A stretch of DNA of 64,000 bases from a virus: positions 41,640 through 105,639 of the IMG/VR virus record IMGVR_UViG_3300026484_000436. One strand, given 5' to 3'. The position numbers and the translations under genes are program-made. Shown here one piece after another: positions 21,001 through 30,241 of this stretch. Positions within the stretch are counted from its first letter, which is position 1. The number at the start of each line of letters is the position of its first letter. The notes beneath the pieces are model-generated. The model was not told where the DNA came from and ran no database searches. It worked only from the letters and a program-made list of their open reading frames with translations.

Positions 21001-21287
21001 AGAATTTCTCCCCAAAGTTTTTTATCGTCATAAATAGGACCAGAAAGTGATTTTAAAAATTCATCCCATTTACCATTTTGACCAGGTGTTCCACCACTCG
21101 TCCCACCTGTAGGATTAGGATTGGGTTTCGGTGGTGGTGTCCCACCTGTCCCACCAGTAGGAGTTGGTGTTCCTCTACCTGTAGGATTAGGATTAGGTTT
21201 TGGTGGTGTTCCACCACCTGCACTTCCGCCACCAGTAGGAGTTGGTGTTCCTCCACCTGTTCCTGTTCCACCACCTGTATCTGCCAT
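18012..21287 (-). CDS. Tape measure protein
   Basis: 1091 aa coiled coil, Lys/Gly-rich segment ending ARAVPFVGAGLL; follows the assembly chaperone. Confidence 0.65.
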   Translation of the reverse strand: MADTGGGTGTGGGTPTPTGGGSAGGGTPPKPNPNPTGRGTPTPTGGTGGTPPPKPNPNPTGGTSGGTPGQNGKWDEFLKSLSGPIYDDKKLWGEILKIVEEDFKSLNPENDSGRIEEIKQYIFPYINEKKISEGQVAKALEMVGFEMSAKSILKLIENQKDADVSEYLKNNFENVNRLKNAHKKRIMNLQTERDSKIKEANNLKISDEDISQVLLNDNSEEAKQYKEKVTELLNQLEGSVSHEEVNKQLAGLGEKYQGLDGYFSQVEEQNKSLENILKEIDENSKQQLEELESQYEDKNSEEYLKAIEEFNNNLEAQKLTATAQSNETLQKLEESLGGDTKKQLEEYKNEKLELEKKLEQKSKEDIQSEINGLKEVLIESNEELKKKQKYLEVAKEKQLEEIQEEYDKKVTQLNETLDNKQEKLQNYLLETYKKDIETFKENQSKQLEEDKKILEEVYKDDTKKLNEKIKELEQDYFNEFEEYQKTQKEYAEKQLGYLENIDLIAAEELKLKKDELSEQEKKELLEKSKHKDDPEEKNKINSKNEMVESLNKTSSLEEWGSVLGEELSKKVLSGAGKIAEKIKNSKLYQKSKETKDYLFSAAGVLKDRFFNKAKSIGSKIKDKIQGSKIYQSTAEKINTAKDKVSEFAGGVKDKIVNIAQPVTSKIAQMKENYKNTDFHNEVLEKMKAKKLGIPTTPDDTKNGNEDDVEKNTINGDVGTPEVGSKNPKMEPIPSKVETKIPKPVATNDYYLSEISTISYKILDFMKNKWGKKEEVNKTGELGTKGDPKKDEDGKSGVGGLIGSVLGIVMNGFMDSGKKLLSKVSGLGKKFMGKIKGAWGKVKQFSSKLNPLNLFKSETPEIDTDDDEFGDSDNSKDKGDDKGKDKKKTSGKSKNPDAKKKIGKKVKKPSGKSILSKLKEIKGKIFKKFGKKGGAKIAAKLSAKMAARAVPFVGAGLLAYDAAKIAYMTLHDKIPLKDAISKQFLGFDIFDDDDLPETPDGEPEVDPEESKEVKDVESKDVETQDPDSPDLKQKADTTTSDTIKGKVLTGGAAAATATKESSGGIMDASSQTHNIVNNYTINKNLMSAFALL
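21075..21280 (-). repeat. GC-rich Gly/Thr/Pro repeat at the tape measure N-terminus
   Basis: GTPTPTGG...PPKPNPNPTG occurs twice. Confidence 0.85.
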
Positions 21288-21290
21288 TTA

Positions 21291-21401
21291 TTATCCTTTT
21301 TCTTGTTCTTCATTATAAATTGTAACCATATTTGAAATATCATAATAAAATCTACCTTCAGGTATAAAAGTATTAAACATTTTTAAAAAACTTAACTCCA
21401 T
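21291..21401 (-). CDS. Small ORF (36 aa from ATG; frame open from 21440), probable second part of the tail assembly chaperone
   Basis: Fills the gap between chaperone and tape measure; MELSFLKMFNTFIPEGRFYYDISNMVTIYNEEQEKG; no clear SD. Confidence 0.5.
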   Translation of the reverse strand: MELSFLKMFNTFIPEGRFYYDISNMVTIYNEEQEKG

Positions 21402-21420
21402 TTTCAATATATTTCTGTAA

Positions 21421-22551
21421 TCATAGTCTGGGATATACCTTTAAATCGACTATATCTATATCAATGACATATTCTTTTTTACAATTTGGGCAAGTTAAAA
21501 TTATGTTTTCTAAATCTATATCAAATCTAACAATCTGCTCATCTAATTTTAACACTTCTGAAGGCATTGAGTATTTTATAACATCAATCTTTTGCTGTAA
21601 AATCATATCCTCATTTTTTATATATAATGCTTTTACAATCGTTTCGTCAGAAGTATTTAATTCATCTTGCAATCTTTCAAGATTTTTTTCGAGAAAAATA
21701 TAATCACGAATTGTAAGTGGTGCTAATTCTAATTCAACACCTTCAAGATTGAAATAAATAGGCACTTCGACATTTGAATCCTCAACCCTAAATGCCAAAT
21801 CTGCAAGTGTTATTTTTGAATTTATAACTGTATTACATTTAACCCTTAAATTGTCTGGATTGCTTTTAAGTTTATCTATTTCCTTTTGAAGTTCCCCAAT
21901 TTCTTTAACTAATTTTTCAATATCACTTTCTGCCTTTTTCAAATTTTCGTCTTTGAAATTAGGTAAAGTCATATTTATATTCTCTAAAATAATTTGTTTG
22001 TTTTTTATCATTTTTTCGTTTTTTGTAATTTTTGGGTTGTCAATTATATTATCACATCTAAAATTCGGACTCCAAGAATGTTCTGGGTTTGTATAAAGAT
22101 TTGAAATTGTAGTTGCTAAAACAAAATCTGAAATTTCCATATCTTCGATAGTCATATTTGGGTCTTCAAATTTTATGGCATTTCTAAAAACCTTTACACC
22201 TTCAGCAATTGAATAATCATTATTGAACTTTGATAATTCTCTAACCTCATCAAAAAACAATCCTCTAACATAAAATGCTTTATTTGACCCATAACTTCTA
22301 AACATTGAAGGGGTTTCTTCAACTTTTTGATATTCTATTTCTTTTTCGATTGTCCCCAATTTTACTTTTTGTTTTTCACTCGTAATTTTTGGGAATTTAA
22401 TATCTACTTCTTCTTTTGCTACTTCGTATTCATATTGTTTTTCTTTCATAGTTTTTGAAGATCCAATATCTACTTCATATTGTTCTTCCTTCGTAGTTTT
22501 TGGGATTTTAATATCTTCTTCTATTATTTCATATTCATTTTGTTTTTCCAC
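21421..22551 (-). CDS. Baseplate hub/tail assembly chaperone (gp26/gp51-like)
   Basis: PLTIRD and C-terminal CPNC motifs; upstream of the tape measure. Confidence 0.6.
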   Translation of the reverse strand: MEKQNEYEIIEEDIKIPKTTKEEQYEVDIGSSKTMKEKQYEYEVAKEEVDIKFPKITSEKQKVKLGTIEKEIEYQKVEETPSMFRSYGSNKAFYVRGLFFDEVRELSKFNNDYSIAEGVKVFRNAIKFEDPNMTIEDMEISDFVLATTISNLYTNPEHSWSPNFRCDNIIDNPKITKNEKMIKNKQIILENINMTLPNFKDENLKKAESDIEKLVKEIGELQKEIDKLKSNPDNLRVKCNTVINSKITLADLAFRVEDSNVEVPIYFNLEGVELELAPLTIRDYIFLEKNLERLQDELNTSDETIVKALYIKNEDMILQQKIDVIKYSMPSEVLKLDEQIVRFDIDLENIILTCPNCKKEYVIDIDIVDLKVYPRL

Positions 22552-22601
22552 TTTTTAATCCTTTTATTTATATTTTATAATTATACAATATAATGTAATA
22601 A

Positions 22602-23726
22602 TTATTTACTTGAATTCAATTTTTCCAACTCAATTTTTGATAATCTACAATCATAAAATTTAATTTCGGATAAATACCCACCGAATGAATTAGTATCATC
22701 ATTTAAATTTCTTCTCCCACTAATGGTACCTCCACTTATTCCATCAACATTTAATTCTCTATAAAAAAATATCCATTTATTAAATGGTAAATTCAAATCG
22801 TGATATGAATCATCTCCAATATATGTTTTACCATCTATATAATACTTTGAATTTTTATATAAATACATCCTACCACTTTTTTCGAAACTCTCAACATTGA
22901 CACCATCTCCTCTAAAATCGAAAAATTGACCTGAATGTGGTGTAGTTTTATACAAATACATTGAAATTGCTTTAAATGACATTTTATTTTCGATAATTAT
23001 CCTATCGACATCATCATTAAAATACCTACCATATCTATTATCCACCAACTCATATTTTTCTTCCCCTTTTGATTTTAATACCAAATCACTTTTTGTGGGT
23101 TCTTTATCATCTCGTTCAAAATCAATATATGACTTAGCAAAACAGGATTTTTTAAAATAACTTGAAATGCACTCTTGATTTAAGCACTTATCATAAAAAT
23201 CTATTCTTCCAATCATACTTCCATCAGCAACATAACTTGATAAATGACTATCAACAGAACCACCTGCAAAAATTGTCGATTCTTTTTTATAAAATGAATC
23301 GTCAGTGTATATTCCTTTGGCAATGATTTCAGCATCATAATACAATTTTATATTCTTTCCATCAGATGTAACTGCTACTAAAAACCATTTATTTAAGTCT
23401 ATAGATTTATTTCCTTTTAACCATAAAGTATTATGGTGCTGTCCTTCGGTGTAAAAATCAAGAATACCCCCATTATCTTTATATGAAATTTGTATTCTAA
23501 TTGAGTTTTCACTATTATCCAAAGAATGACTTTGAAAATTTATTAAAAATTGATTATCATCTGTTATTGATGTTATATAAACAGGAAACACTACACTCCA
23601 TTTTGTTTTATACATATTTTCAATAGGTCTTTTTTCAAATTTCACACAAGATTTCCCGTCAAATAAAGCACATTTCCCATAAATGCCTGATGAGATTTGT
23701 TTTTTGCCTATCCATTCAATTTTCAT
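22602..23726 (-). CDS. LamG/ConA-like domain virion protein
   Basis: ALFDG, NKWFLVAVTSDG..IKLY and EIKFYD..LS motifs (two domains); start moved to 23726. Confidence 0.7.
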   Translation of the reverse strand: MKIEWIGKKQISSGIYGKCALFDGKSCVKFEKRPIENMYKTKWSVVFPVYITSITDDNQFLINFQSHSLDNSENSIRIQISYKDNGGILDFYTEGQHHNTLWLKGNKSIDLNKWFLVAVTSDGKNIKLYYDAEIIAKGIYTDDSFYKKESTIFAGGSVDSHLSSYVADGSMIGRIDFYDKCLNQECISSYFKKSCFAKSYIDFERDDKEPTKSDLVLKSKGEEKYELVDNRYGRYFNDDVDRIIIENKMSFKAISMYLYKTTPHSGQFFDFRGDGVNVESFEKSGRMYLYKNSKYYIDGKTYIGDDSYHDLNLPFNKWIFFYRELNVDGISGGTISGRRNLNDDTNSFGGYLSEIKFYDCRLSKIELEKLNSSK

Positions 23727-23727
23727 T

Positions 23728-24234
23728 TTAGTCCTTATAAAGTGAAAAATTATATTCTTCACTTATTTTCTTTAACTCTTTTGTAAGTTTTCCTGACTTA
23801 GGAAATTCAGGAAATTTTTTGATATAATCATTTTCAAACATTTTTTTAAGTTTATTATACTTGCTTTTCATAATTTTGGGTTCTTTATGTTCTCTTGGAT
23901 GTATTACTATTTCATCATCTGATTTGTTTTCGTGCCTTTCAATATAATCTGCTAAACTTCTTAAAATATCACTTAATTTAAAATTGTCTTTCAAATCTCT
24001 TGATGTTCTCAACCATTGATTTTCTATTTTACCTAATAATACATTTATTTCAGAATGTATTACACCACGACAATAACCCGTCTTTTCATAAAACGACTTA
24101 TGCTCATTATGAATATGGTCTAATACCTGTTTATTGACAGGTATATTGACTTTTAAAACTTCACATTTATTATTTTGATAATTATACAATAAATTTCTAA
24201 AATTCTTAACTTCTGATTGTTTTAAAATTTTCAT
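23728..24234 (-). CDS. Recombination endonuclease VII-like nuclease (T4 gp49 family)
   Basis: LDHIH...CRGVIHSEINVLLGKIEN...ADYI. Confidence 0.75.
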   Translation of the reverse strand: MKILKQSEVKNFRNLLYNYQNNKCEVLKVNIPVNKQVLDHIHNEHKSFYEKTGYCRGVIHSEINVLLGKIENQWLRTSRDLKDNFKLSDILRSLADYIERHENKSDDEIVIHPREHKEPKIMKSKYNKLKKMFENDYIKKFPEFPKSGKLTKELKKISEEYNFSLYKD

Positions 24235-24235
24235 T

Positions 24236-25984
24236 TTACTCCTTTATTTCTTCGTACCATATATCTTTATAAGCATTTTCAATTAAAATTTTTCTTGATG
24301 TTAAGTCAGAATCTCTACAATCACTATTAGAAGATCCACAATTATCACATTTCCAATGGTCTAAAACAAGATTATTACCAACCACATAAATCTTTTTAAA
24401 TGGATCCCAACTTCTTCCTTCCGCTGAGCAATAATCGACACCAGTGTGCTTTATATAAAATGTTTTATTATGTCTTCTATTTTTGCAACTTTTACTCATT
24501 GTATCATCTTTATCCAAATCTGCTAATTGTCTATTTTTATTACAATTCGGATAATAATTAACAACTTCATTATAAGCATCTATTATATTTTGCCTATTAG
24601 TTAAAACTTTGATGTTTTTTTCAAAATAATTTTCATTTTTATTATCAACTGATTCATAAAATTCGGTAATTAAAAATAGAGGTTCATCTTTATACCACAC
24701 TTTAAATGTTTTTGAATTAATTTCATCTACTTTCTTTTTTTCTGTACTTATATAAGTTTTGAAATTTTTCAATTTACCATAAAACTTATTTCCACTTTTT
24801 GTTTCAAATCCACCACCTACTTTATCTTGGTCTATACCTAGCATAAGATAATTTTCATTATTATTTTCAACCTGTTCTCCACTCATCTTATATTCATCAT
24901 CATTTAAAAATAATTTTCTGTTACCAAAATCGACTTTTAAATGGTACCATTTATTATGATTTAATTGCTCTTTAAAAACGATATGTTTTAGGTGTCCAAG
25001 GTAAATTTCTTTCCCATTATTACAAAATCCTATAAGAATAGCATTGTCACTATTTCTTGTAGCGATGCTAATCATATCATTTGTACGGGAAAAATTTTCT
25101 CCATAAAAATCGATCTCATAAACTCTGTTTGCCATATTATCCAAATTTTGATAAGATGCTCTTCTAAAATGTCCAGAAGAATTTTCCTCGTCTGTAAAAT
25201 CTAAAACACATACTCCATCTTCATTTAAAACTTGAAGACCCCCTTCAATTTTCATTTTTTCAGGTTTATTATCTTTTTCAAAAATATAATAATCGTTCGA
25301 GCATTCAACTTTTTGTATTTTTTTACTATCCACCCCACAAAAAGTTTTAGCAATACATTTTTTAGTATCTTCATCTAAAATTTTATCATATAATCTTATA
25401 TTATCTATTTCTATAATTCCTTTTTCATCGGTATATTTTTGCACAAATTTACTATCTCCAAACGACATATATTTTCTTGGTACCCTTGGTATATCTTTCT
25501 CATTTTTATAATCAAGTGTTATAACCTTTTCATTATTGACATACACATTAACGACTTCATTTGAAGATTCTATCAAAAAACAAACAAAAGGAGCATCTTT
25601 TAATTTATTAATATCATTTATTTTTAGGATATTAGATATTATGACTCTTTTTGTAATGAATTTATTTGATGAAGTTCCATTCCCCACTCCTCCATATAAA
25701 TAATAATCTTCCCCTTTCTCGAATATTATAAAAAATAAAGTCGATGAAGATTCGTCATCTTCATTAATTGTAGAAATAAAATCATCACTCAAATTACAAA
25801 CAGCAATCATTTTATTATTTCTATCCATATATGTTCGAGCACACATCACAATCGTGAATTCATCTTTTAAAACATTTATAGGACTCTCAAAACGAATACA
25901 ATTATCTTTACTAATATGTGCCATCTTCCCACTTTGTCCTTCAATAAATTTAGGGTCATTTCCGACCCACTCATATTTTCCCAT
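24236..25984 (-). CDS. LamG/ConA-like multi-domain virion protein with a Cys-rich C-terminus
   Basis: IDNIRLYDKIL, NKWYHL, LGIDQD..GGGF...FYGKL motifs. Confidence 0.7.
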   Translation of the reverse strand: MGKYEWVGNDPKFIEGQSGKMAHISKDNCIRFESPINVLKDEFTIVMCARTYMDRNNKMIAVCNLSDDFISTINEDDESSSTLFFIIFEKGEDYYLYGGVGNGTSSNKFITKRVIISNILKINDINKLKDAPFVCFLIESSNEVVNVYVNNEKVITLDYKNEKDIPRVPRKYMSFGDSKFVQKYTDEKGIIEIDNIRLYDKILDEDTKKCIAKTFCGVDSKKIQKVECSNDYYIFEKDNKPEKMKIEGGLQVLNEDGVCVLDFTDEENSSGHFRRASYQNLDNMANRVYEIDFYGENFSRTNDMISIATRNSDNAILIGFCNNGKEIYLGHLKHIVFKEQLNHNKWYHLKVDFGNRKLFLNDDEYKMSGEQVENNNENYLMLGIDQDKVGGGFETKSGNKFYGKLKNFKTYISTEKKKVDEINSKTFKVWYKDEPLFLITEFYESVDNKNENYFEKNIKVLTNRQNIIDAYNEVVNYYPNCNKNRQLADLDKDDTMSKSCKNRRHNKTFYIKHTGVDYCSAEGRSWDPFKKIYVVGNNLVLDHWKCDNCGSSNSDCRDSDLTSRKILIENAYKDIWYEEIKE

Positions 25985-25995
25985 TTTTTATCCTT

Positions 25996-26568
25996 TTAAA
26001 TTATTTTATTGCCATATTCAACATTATTTTCCGCAGTTATTGAAACTATTTTATCATAAATAACAAACGATTCATCCCAGTAAGATTGACCTGCTTTAAG
26101 ACGAAATGAACCGTCAAATGTTTCTTTTGAAGCAGTGAATTCATAATATACCTTAAATAATTTTGAATCCCTGCTCGTATCTTGACCCTTACAAACAGAA
26201 TTTGTGCTGAAAATAACATCGGCGGGTATTTCTATACTTCTATCTTTTGATATTAAACCATCCCACTCTGAGTTAAAATAAAATGTATCATTTATATCTA
26301 AAAAATCTAATGTCATAGGATCTTTTAAACTTGAATCTATAGGATCTATTGATGCCGTCTTCCCAATATATAAATTTAAAAAATACTTTCTTCCTATTGT
26401 AAGATTTTTTATCGTGAATGATATAGAAATAGGATTATCATAGTAAATATCATACCCATCTAAATTACAATTTGAAGAAAAAGATTTATTTAGAATTACT
26501 TCGATATTTTTTTCTTCGTTACTCCTTTTTTTTTTCTTCTTTTTCTTCCTCATTTGACTCTGTTTCAT
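25996..26568 (-). CDS. Probable C-terminal part of the upstream LamG protein, separated by a frameshift in an A10 run
   Basis: No SD/ATG pairing; overlaps the upstream stop; joins in frame if one A is removed. Confidence 0.5.
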   Translation of the reverse strand: MKQSQMRKKKKKKKRSNEEKNIEVILNKSFSSNCNLDGYDIYYDNPISISFTIKNLTIGRKYFLNLYIGKTASIDPIDSSLKDPMTLDFLDINDTFYFNSEWDGLISKDRSIEIPADVIFSTNSVCKGQDTSRDSKLFKVYYEFTASKETFDGSFRLKAGQSYWDESFVIYDKIVSITAENNVEYGNKII

Positions 26569-27547
26569 TTTCTAAAACTTTATCTTTATCTTCATAAAGT
26601 TCCCATATTTCTTCTTCACTTAATTCTTTTTTACATATACCAAATTCCGACATTAGACCTTCAAAAAAGTTATTTACTATGCCATCAGAATTCCAATCTC
26701 CACCAATGATAAAATCTTTATTTCCTGATGATAAGTCTATATTTTCAAGTGTAGTCTTTAACTTACCATTTTTAAAAATTTTACCATTACTTTGTATTGT
26801 TATCATTGTCCATTCGTCATCTTCAATATCATACTCATATTTTTTCTCATCATCATAATAAAAAATTAAATCCCGTTCGTGTCTTATTATATTAAAAAGA
26901 TTATTAAAATCACGACTTGCAGAAACTAACGATTGATATTTATCTGTTTCCCCATCAACTTTTATCCAAAAATTTATGGTAAATTCTTCTAAATAATCAA
27001 AATTTGTTTTTAAATAGGTGTTCCCATCAAAATCAAATGCTTCACTAATAATACCCTCTCCATACTTCTCATTCCCTTCAACCTCAATAATTACATTGTT
27101 ATTCTCATCTTTAACATTTTTATCAAATTTCAATAACATAAATTCACATTCAATTATTTCATCTTCAAAATTTTCTTCAACTTTTATCTCGGTTTTTTTA
27201 GTAACAACTTCAGCACTATCAATTCTATTTCCAAATATATCATATAAATTATCTTCAATTAAAAAAACTAACCTTTTCAAGTCAAGAATTCTATCTTCAC
27301 AATCTAAAATTACATTTGTCTTAATAATATCATAATAATAATTTTCATCAATTTTAGGAGGTTTGGGAGAAGTGTTTTTATTATCAAATCGTTTTTTTGT
27401 ATAAACTTCACCCAAAAGATTTTTTATTTTATCTTCACTTTTAAAGGCAATATATTTTACAGGTATTTTGATATTATCTCCACTCCTATAATTTTCTGTC
27501 ATTTCGATTTTATCGGCAATAAGCAATTCATATCCTTTATTTTTCAT
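26519..27547 (-). CDS. LamG/ConA-like domain protein
   Basis: AFDFDG, FTINFWIK, EWTMIT, FEGLMSEF...LSEEEI. Confidence 0.75.
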   Translation of the reverse strand: MKNKGYELLIADKIEMTENYRSGDNIKIPVKYIAFKSEDKIKNLLGEVYTKKRFDNKNTSPKPPKIDENYYYDIIKTNVILDCEDRILDLKRLVFLIEDNLYDIFGNRIDSAEVVTKKTEIKVEENFEDEIIECEFMLLKFDKNVKDENNNVIIEVEGNEKYGEGIISEAFDFDGNTYLKTNFDYLEEFTINFWIKVDGETDKYQSLVSASRDFNNLFNIIRHERDLIFYYDDEKKYEYDIEDDEWTMITIQSNGKIFKNGKLKTTLENIDLSSGNKDFIIGGDWNSDGIVNNFFEGLMSEFGICKKELSEEEIWELYEDKDKVLENETESNEEEKEEKKKE

Positions 27548-27552
27548 TTTTA

Positions 27553-27574
27553 TTAAATACTTTTGATTATTTAA
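27553..27574. promoter_or_regulatory. Paired TTAAATA late-promoter-like motifs, one per strand, for the lysis cassette (+) and LamG cluster (-)
   Basis: TTAAATA on + at 27553-27559 and on - at 27568-27574 in a 42-bp divergent gap. Confidence 0.45.
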
Positions 27575-27589
27575 TTAAAAGGTTAAGGA

Positions 27590-28138
27590 ATGGAATCAAT
27601 TTATCAAAAATACCCCGAAAATTTTTTAAAGGCACTTGAAAAAACCTTGAAATTTGAAGGATTATACAGTTATGACCCAGATGACCCAGGGGGAGAAACA
27701 TATTGTGGAATATCCCGTAAAAATTTCCCAAGATGGGACGGATGGCATTCGATTGACTACTTAAAACACAAAATAAATTTAGAAACCCAAGAAGTACCTG
27801 AACTTGAAGAAAAGGTCGCAGATTTTTATTATCACAATTTTTGGGTTCCTTTATCTTTAAATGAAATTGAATCTTTCAAAAAATCAAAAATAATTTTTGA
27901 TGCAGGTGTAAATATGGGACTCCATAACACTAAAAAAATAACTCAAAAAGTGTTAAAAGTTACACCAGATGGGATTATAGGTCCAATTACATTAAAATCA
28001 TTAAAAGAAATTGATGAAAATTATTTCGTTGCTGAATTTAAACTTAAACGAATTGAGTATTATATTGAATTGACAAAAAGGAAACCTATTTTTAAAAAAT
28101 ATATTGTAGGATGGGTTTCAAGAGTTTTAAATAGTTAA
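27590..28138 (+). CDS. Endolysin, glycoside hydrolase 108 with a peptidoglycan-binding domain
   Basis: EGLYSYDPDDPGGETYCGI, DGIIGPITL, GWVSRV. Confidence 0.9.
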   Translation: MESIYQKYPENFLKALEKTLKFEGLYSYDPDDPGGETYCGISRKNFPRWDGWHSIDYLKHKINLETQEVPELEEKVADFYYHNFWVPLSLNEIESFKKSKIIFDAGVNMGLHNTKKITQKVLKVTPDGIIGPITLKSLKEIDENYFVAEFKLKRIEYYIELTKRKPIFKKYIVGWVSRVLNS

Positions 28139-28147
28139 AGGTAAAAA

Positions 28148-28474
28148 ATGGAAAATAAAGTTAAAGAGTTATCAGAAAAATATGTAGATTATTGGGCAAA
28201 GCATAATATAACATCAAGAATAGGGATATTTTTATTCGTTTTTGCTTATATTTTTGCTATTGTCTTTGTTATGTTACATCCAGTGGCACCAGCAATTGCT
28301 CAAATTGTTATATCAACATCAGCATACATTGCTTTATTGAGTGTGATGTCAGTAGTATTAGGTAATAATGCTTTGGTTAAAATTATTGAGGTTATTTATG
28401 GGAACAAAAAAGTTAAGAAAACACTTGACGACACAATAGATAACCAAAATGAAAAGTTACCCAAATTATATTAA
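28148..28474 (+). CDS. Putative holin
   Basis: Two hydrophobic helices, charged C-terminus, follows the endolysin. Confidence 0.7.
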   Translation: MENKVKELSEKYVDYWAKHNITSRIGIFLFVFAYIFAIVFVMLHPVAPAIAQIVISTSAYIALLSVMSVVLGNNALVKIIEVIYGNKKVKKTLDDTIDNQNEKLPKLY

Positions 28475-28542
28475 CCTTAAACGAAACTTGAAGAAGTAGA
28501 ACTTCTTTAAGGTGTTTTTAAGATTATTAAAAAGGATAAATA

Positions 28543-28968
28543 ATGAATTTTATAAGTAAAATAATATCATTTTTTGGGTTAATAGGTGGATTGTTTTTAG
28601 CAAAAAAGACTTATGATTTATCAAATGAAGTGGAAACAAAACAAACCCAAATTGACAATCTAAAAATTGATAATGAAAAGAAAGACATTGAAGTTGAAAA
28701 TTCTAAAATTGAAAAAGAACAATTAAAAAATGAAGTTAAAGTTGAAAAAGTTGAAGAAAAAATAGATTCTTTAAAAAAGATTGATAAAGGCATAAAACAT
28801 TACGAAGAAAAAAATAATGAAAAAATAAAATCTTTTAAAAAAAAGTATAATTATAAAAATAATTATAAAAAAGAAACTATTACTGATGAGCAGGTTGAAA
28901 AAATAAATAAAACGATTGAGGAAGTAGATTCAAAAAAAGATGGAGAAGAATATGAAATTAATCTTTAA
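28543..28968 (+). CDS. Putative i-spanin
   Basis: N-terminal TM anchor plus periplasmic coiled coil. Confidence 0.6.
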   Translation: MNFISKIISFFGLIGGLFLAKKTYDLSNEVETKQTQIDNLKIDNEKKDIEVENSKIEKEQLKNEVKVEKVEEKIDSLKKIDKGIKHYEEKNNEKIKSFKKKYNYKNNYKKETITDEQVEKINKTIEEVDSKKDGEEYEINL

Positions 28969-29302
28969 AATTTTAGGAATGTTTTTAATTGGTATTTTGT
29001 TTTTAGGGTGTCAAGAACCAGAACCCAAAAAAGTGTTAGTAGTTAAAAAAGTTTATATTAAAGAAAAGGTTCCTGTTTTATCACAATTTTCTGTAGGAGA
29101 ATACAAATTGAGTGCCATAAATAAAGGTGGTAAAATTTATATCAAAGAATGGGATGCCACTATTGATAAAAAGGAATTTTTGAAGTTTATAAAATACATA
29201 AAATCATTAAAAATGACTTTATTACAATACAAAAAAGAAGTAGATATTTATAATGATTATGCTAAAAATCATAATAAAGAGTTGAACTCAACCCTAAAAT
29301 GA
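28952..29302 (+). CDS. Putative o-spanin lipoprotein
   Basis: Signal peptide with LFLG-C lipobox; overlaps the i-spanin 3' end. Confidence 0.65.
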   Translation: MKLIFKILGMFLIGILFLGCQEPEPKKVLVVKKVYIKEKVPVLSQFSVGEYKLSAINKGGKIYIKEWDATIDKKEFLKFIKYIKSLKMTLLQYKKEVDIYNDYAKNHNKELNSTLK

Positions 29303-30223
29303 TTTAACTAATTCATCAAGAAAAGACGAAATGTCTTTCTTGGTATTGAATACTGCCCCGAATGCAACTCCGTGCCCTCCAGGGTTACCATTGTGTTTTT
29401 CTATTAAGTTAAAAATTGTTTCTCTTTTATCTTCGTTATTTACCCTCACACTTATTGTCATTGATTGGATATTAACATTGACACTAATCTCATAATCAAA
29501 AAACTCCGAATAGTGATTTGCATACTTAAAATCAAAACTTATTAAAAATTTACCTTTATTTATAATTATACCTTTTTCTTGTAATTCTTTAAAGGTTTTT
29601 TCAATTTTACCAGCATAACTTTTCATTAAGTTTTTTTGATTATCATTTAATTTATAATTTTGTTTTATCATTTTTTCGGCAAAATCATAGTTAAATTCTT
29701 CCCAAAATAAATCATTTAACATATTTGCTATTTTGAATTTAGGATTATCTTTTTGCCAAATATCATAAATATCTATCAATTCTACTAATTTTTTAAGATT
29801 TTGTCTTGGTACAGAGTCGATATCTTTAATAAATAATTCAAATGTTTTTAAGGTCGCACTCTTTGTATCATCTATAAAAATTTTAGCGCTGAACTCATTT
29901 TGGATTTTTTCTAAGTATGTTTTATCATCGTATAAATGGTGGTCTATATAAATAATCTTTCCTTTAAAATTATGCTTTTTTAAAGTATCGTATAACTTTT
30001 TTTGATGTTCTTTAATAAAATTTAAGTCAGTTATTATAAAAGCATCATAATAGGTTAAATCTTCAATTTTATCTAACATTTCGGGAATTTTGTTATATCC
30101 CATATTTTTAAAATTCAATTCAGCAGTTTTATATTTTCCTATTGGATTAAACTTTTCGTTTATCACTAATTGGCACCCATAACCATCTAAGTCAGCGTGC
30201 GAAAAATTGAGTATTTTTTTCAT
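29294..30223 (-). CDS. DHH/DHHA1 phosphoesterase
   Basis: SHADLDG, ITD, IDHH and GGH..AFG motifs. Confidence 0.9.
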   Translation of the reverse strand: MKKILNFSHADLDGYGCQLVINEKFNPIGKYKTAELNFKNMGYNKIPEMLDKIEDLTYYDAFIITDLNFIKEHQKKLYDTLKKHNFKGKIIYIDHHLYDDKTYLEKIQNEFSAKIFIDDTKSATLKTFELFIKDIDSVPRQNLKKLVELIDIYDIWQKDNPKFKIANMLNDLFWEEFNYDFAEKMIKQNYKLNDNQKNLMKSYAGKIEKTFKELQEKGIIINKGKFLISFDFKYANHYSEFFDYEISVNVNIQSMTISVRVNNEDKRETIFNLIEKHNGNPGGHGVAFGAVFNTKKDISSFLDELVKSF

Positions 30224-30241
30224 CTTCTCTCCTCTTTTAAA

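Noticed and set aside
21438-21446. T-TTA-AAG -1 slippery heptamer near the chaperone end
   Set aside because: The -1 frame stops after about 11 codons and does not reach the downstream ORF
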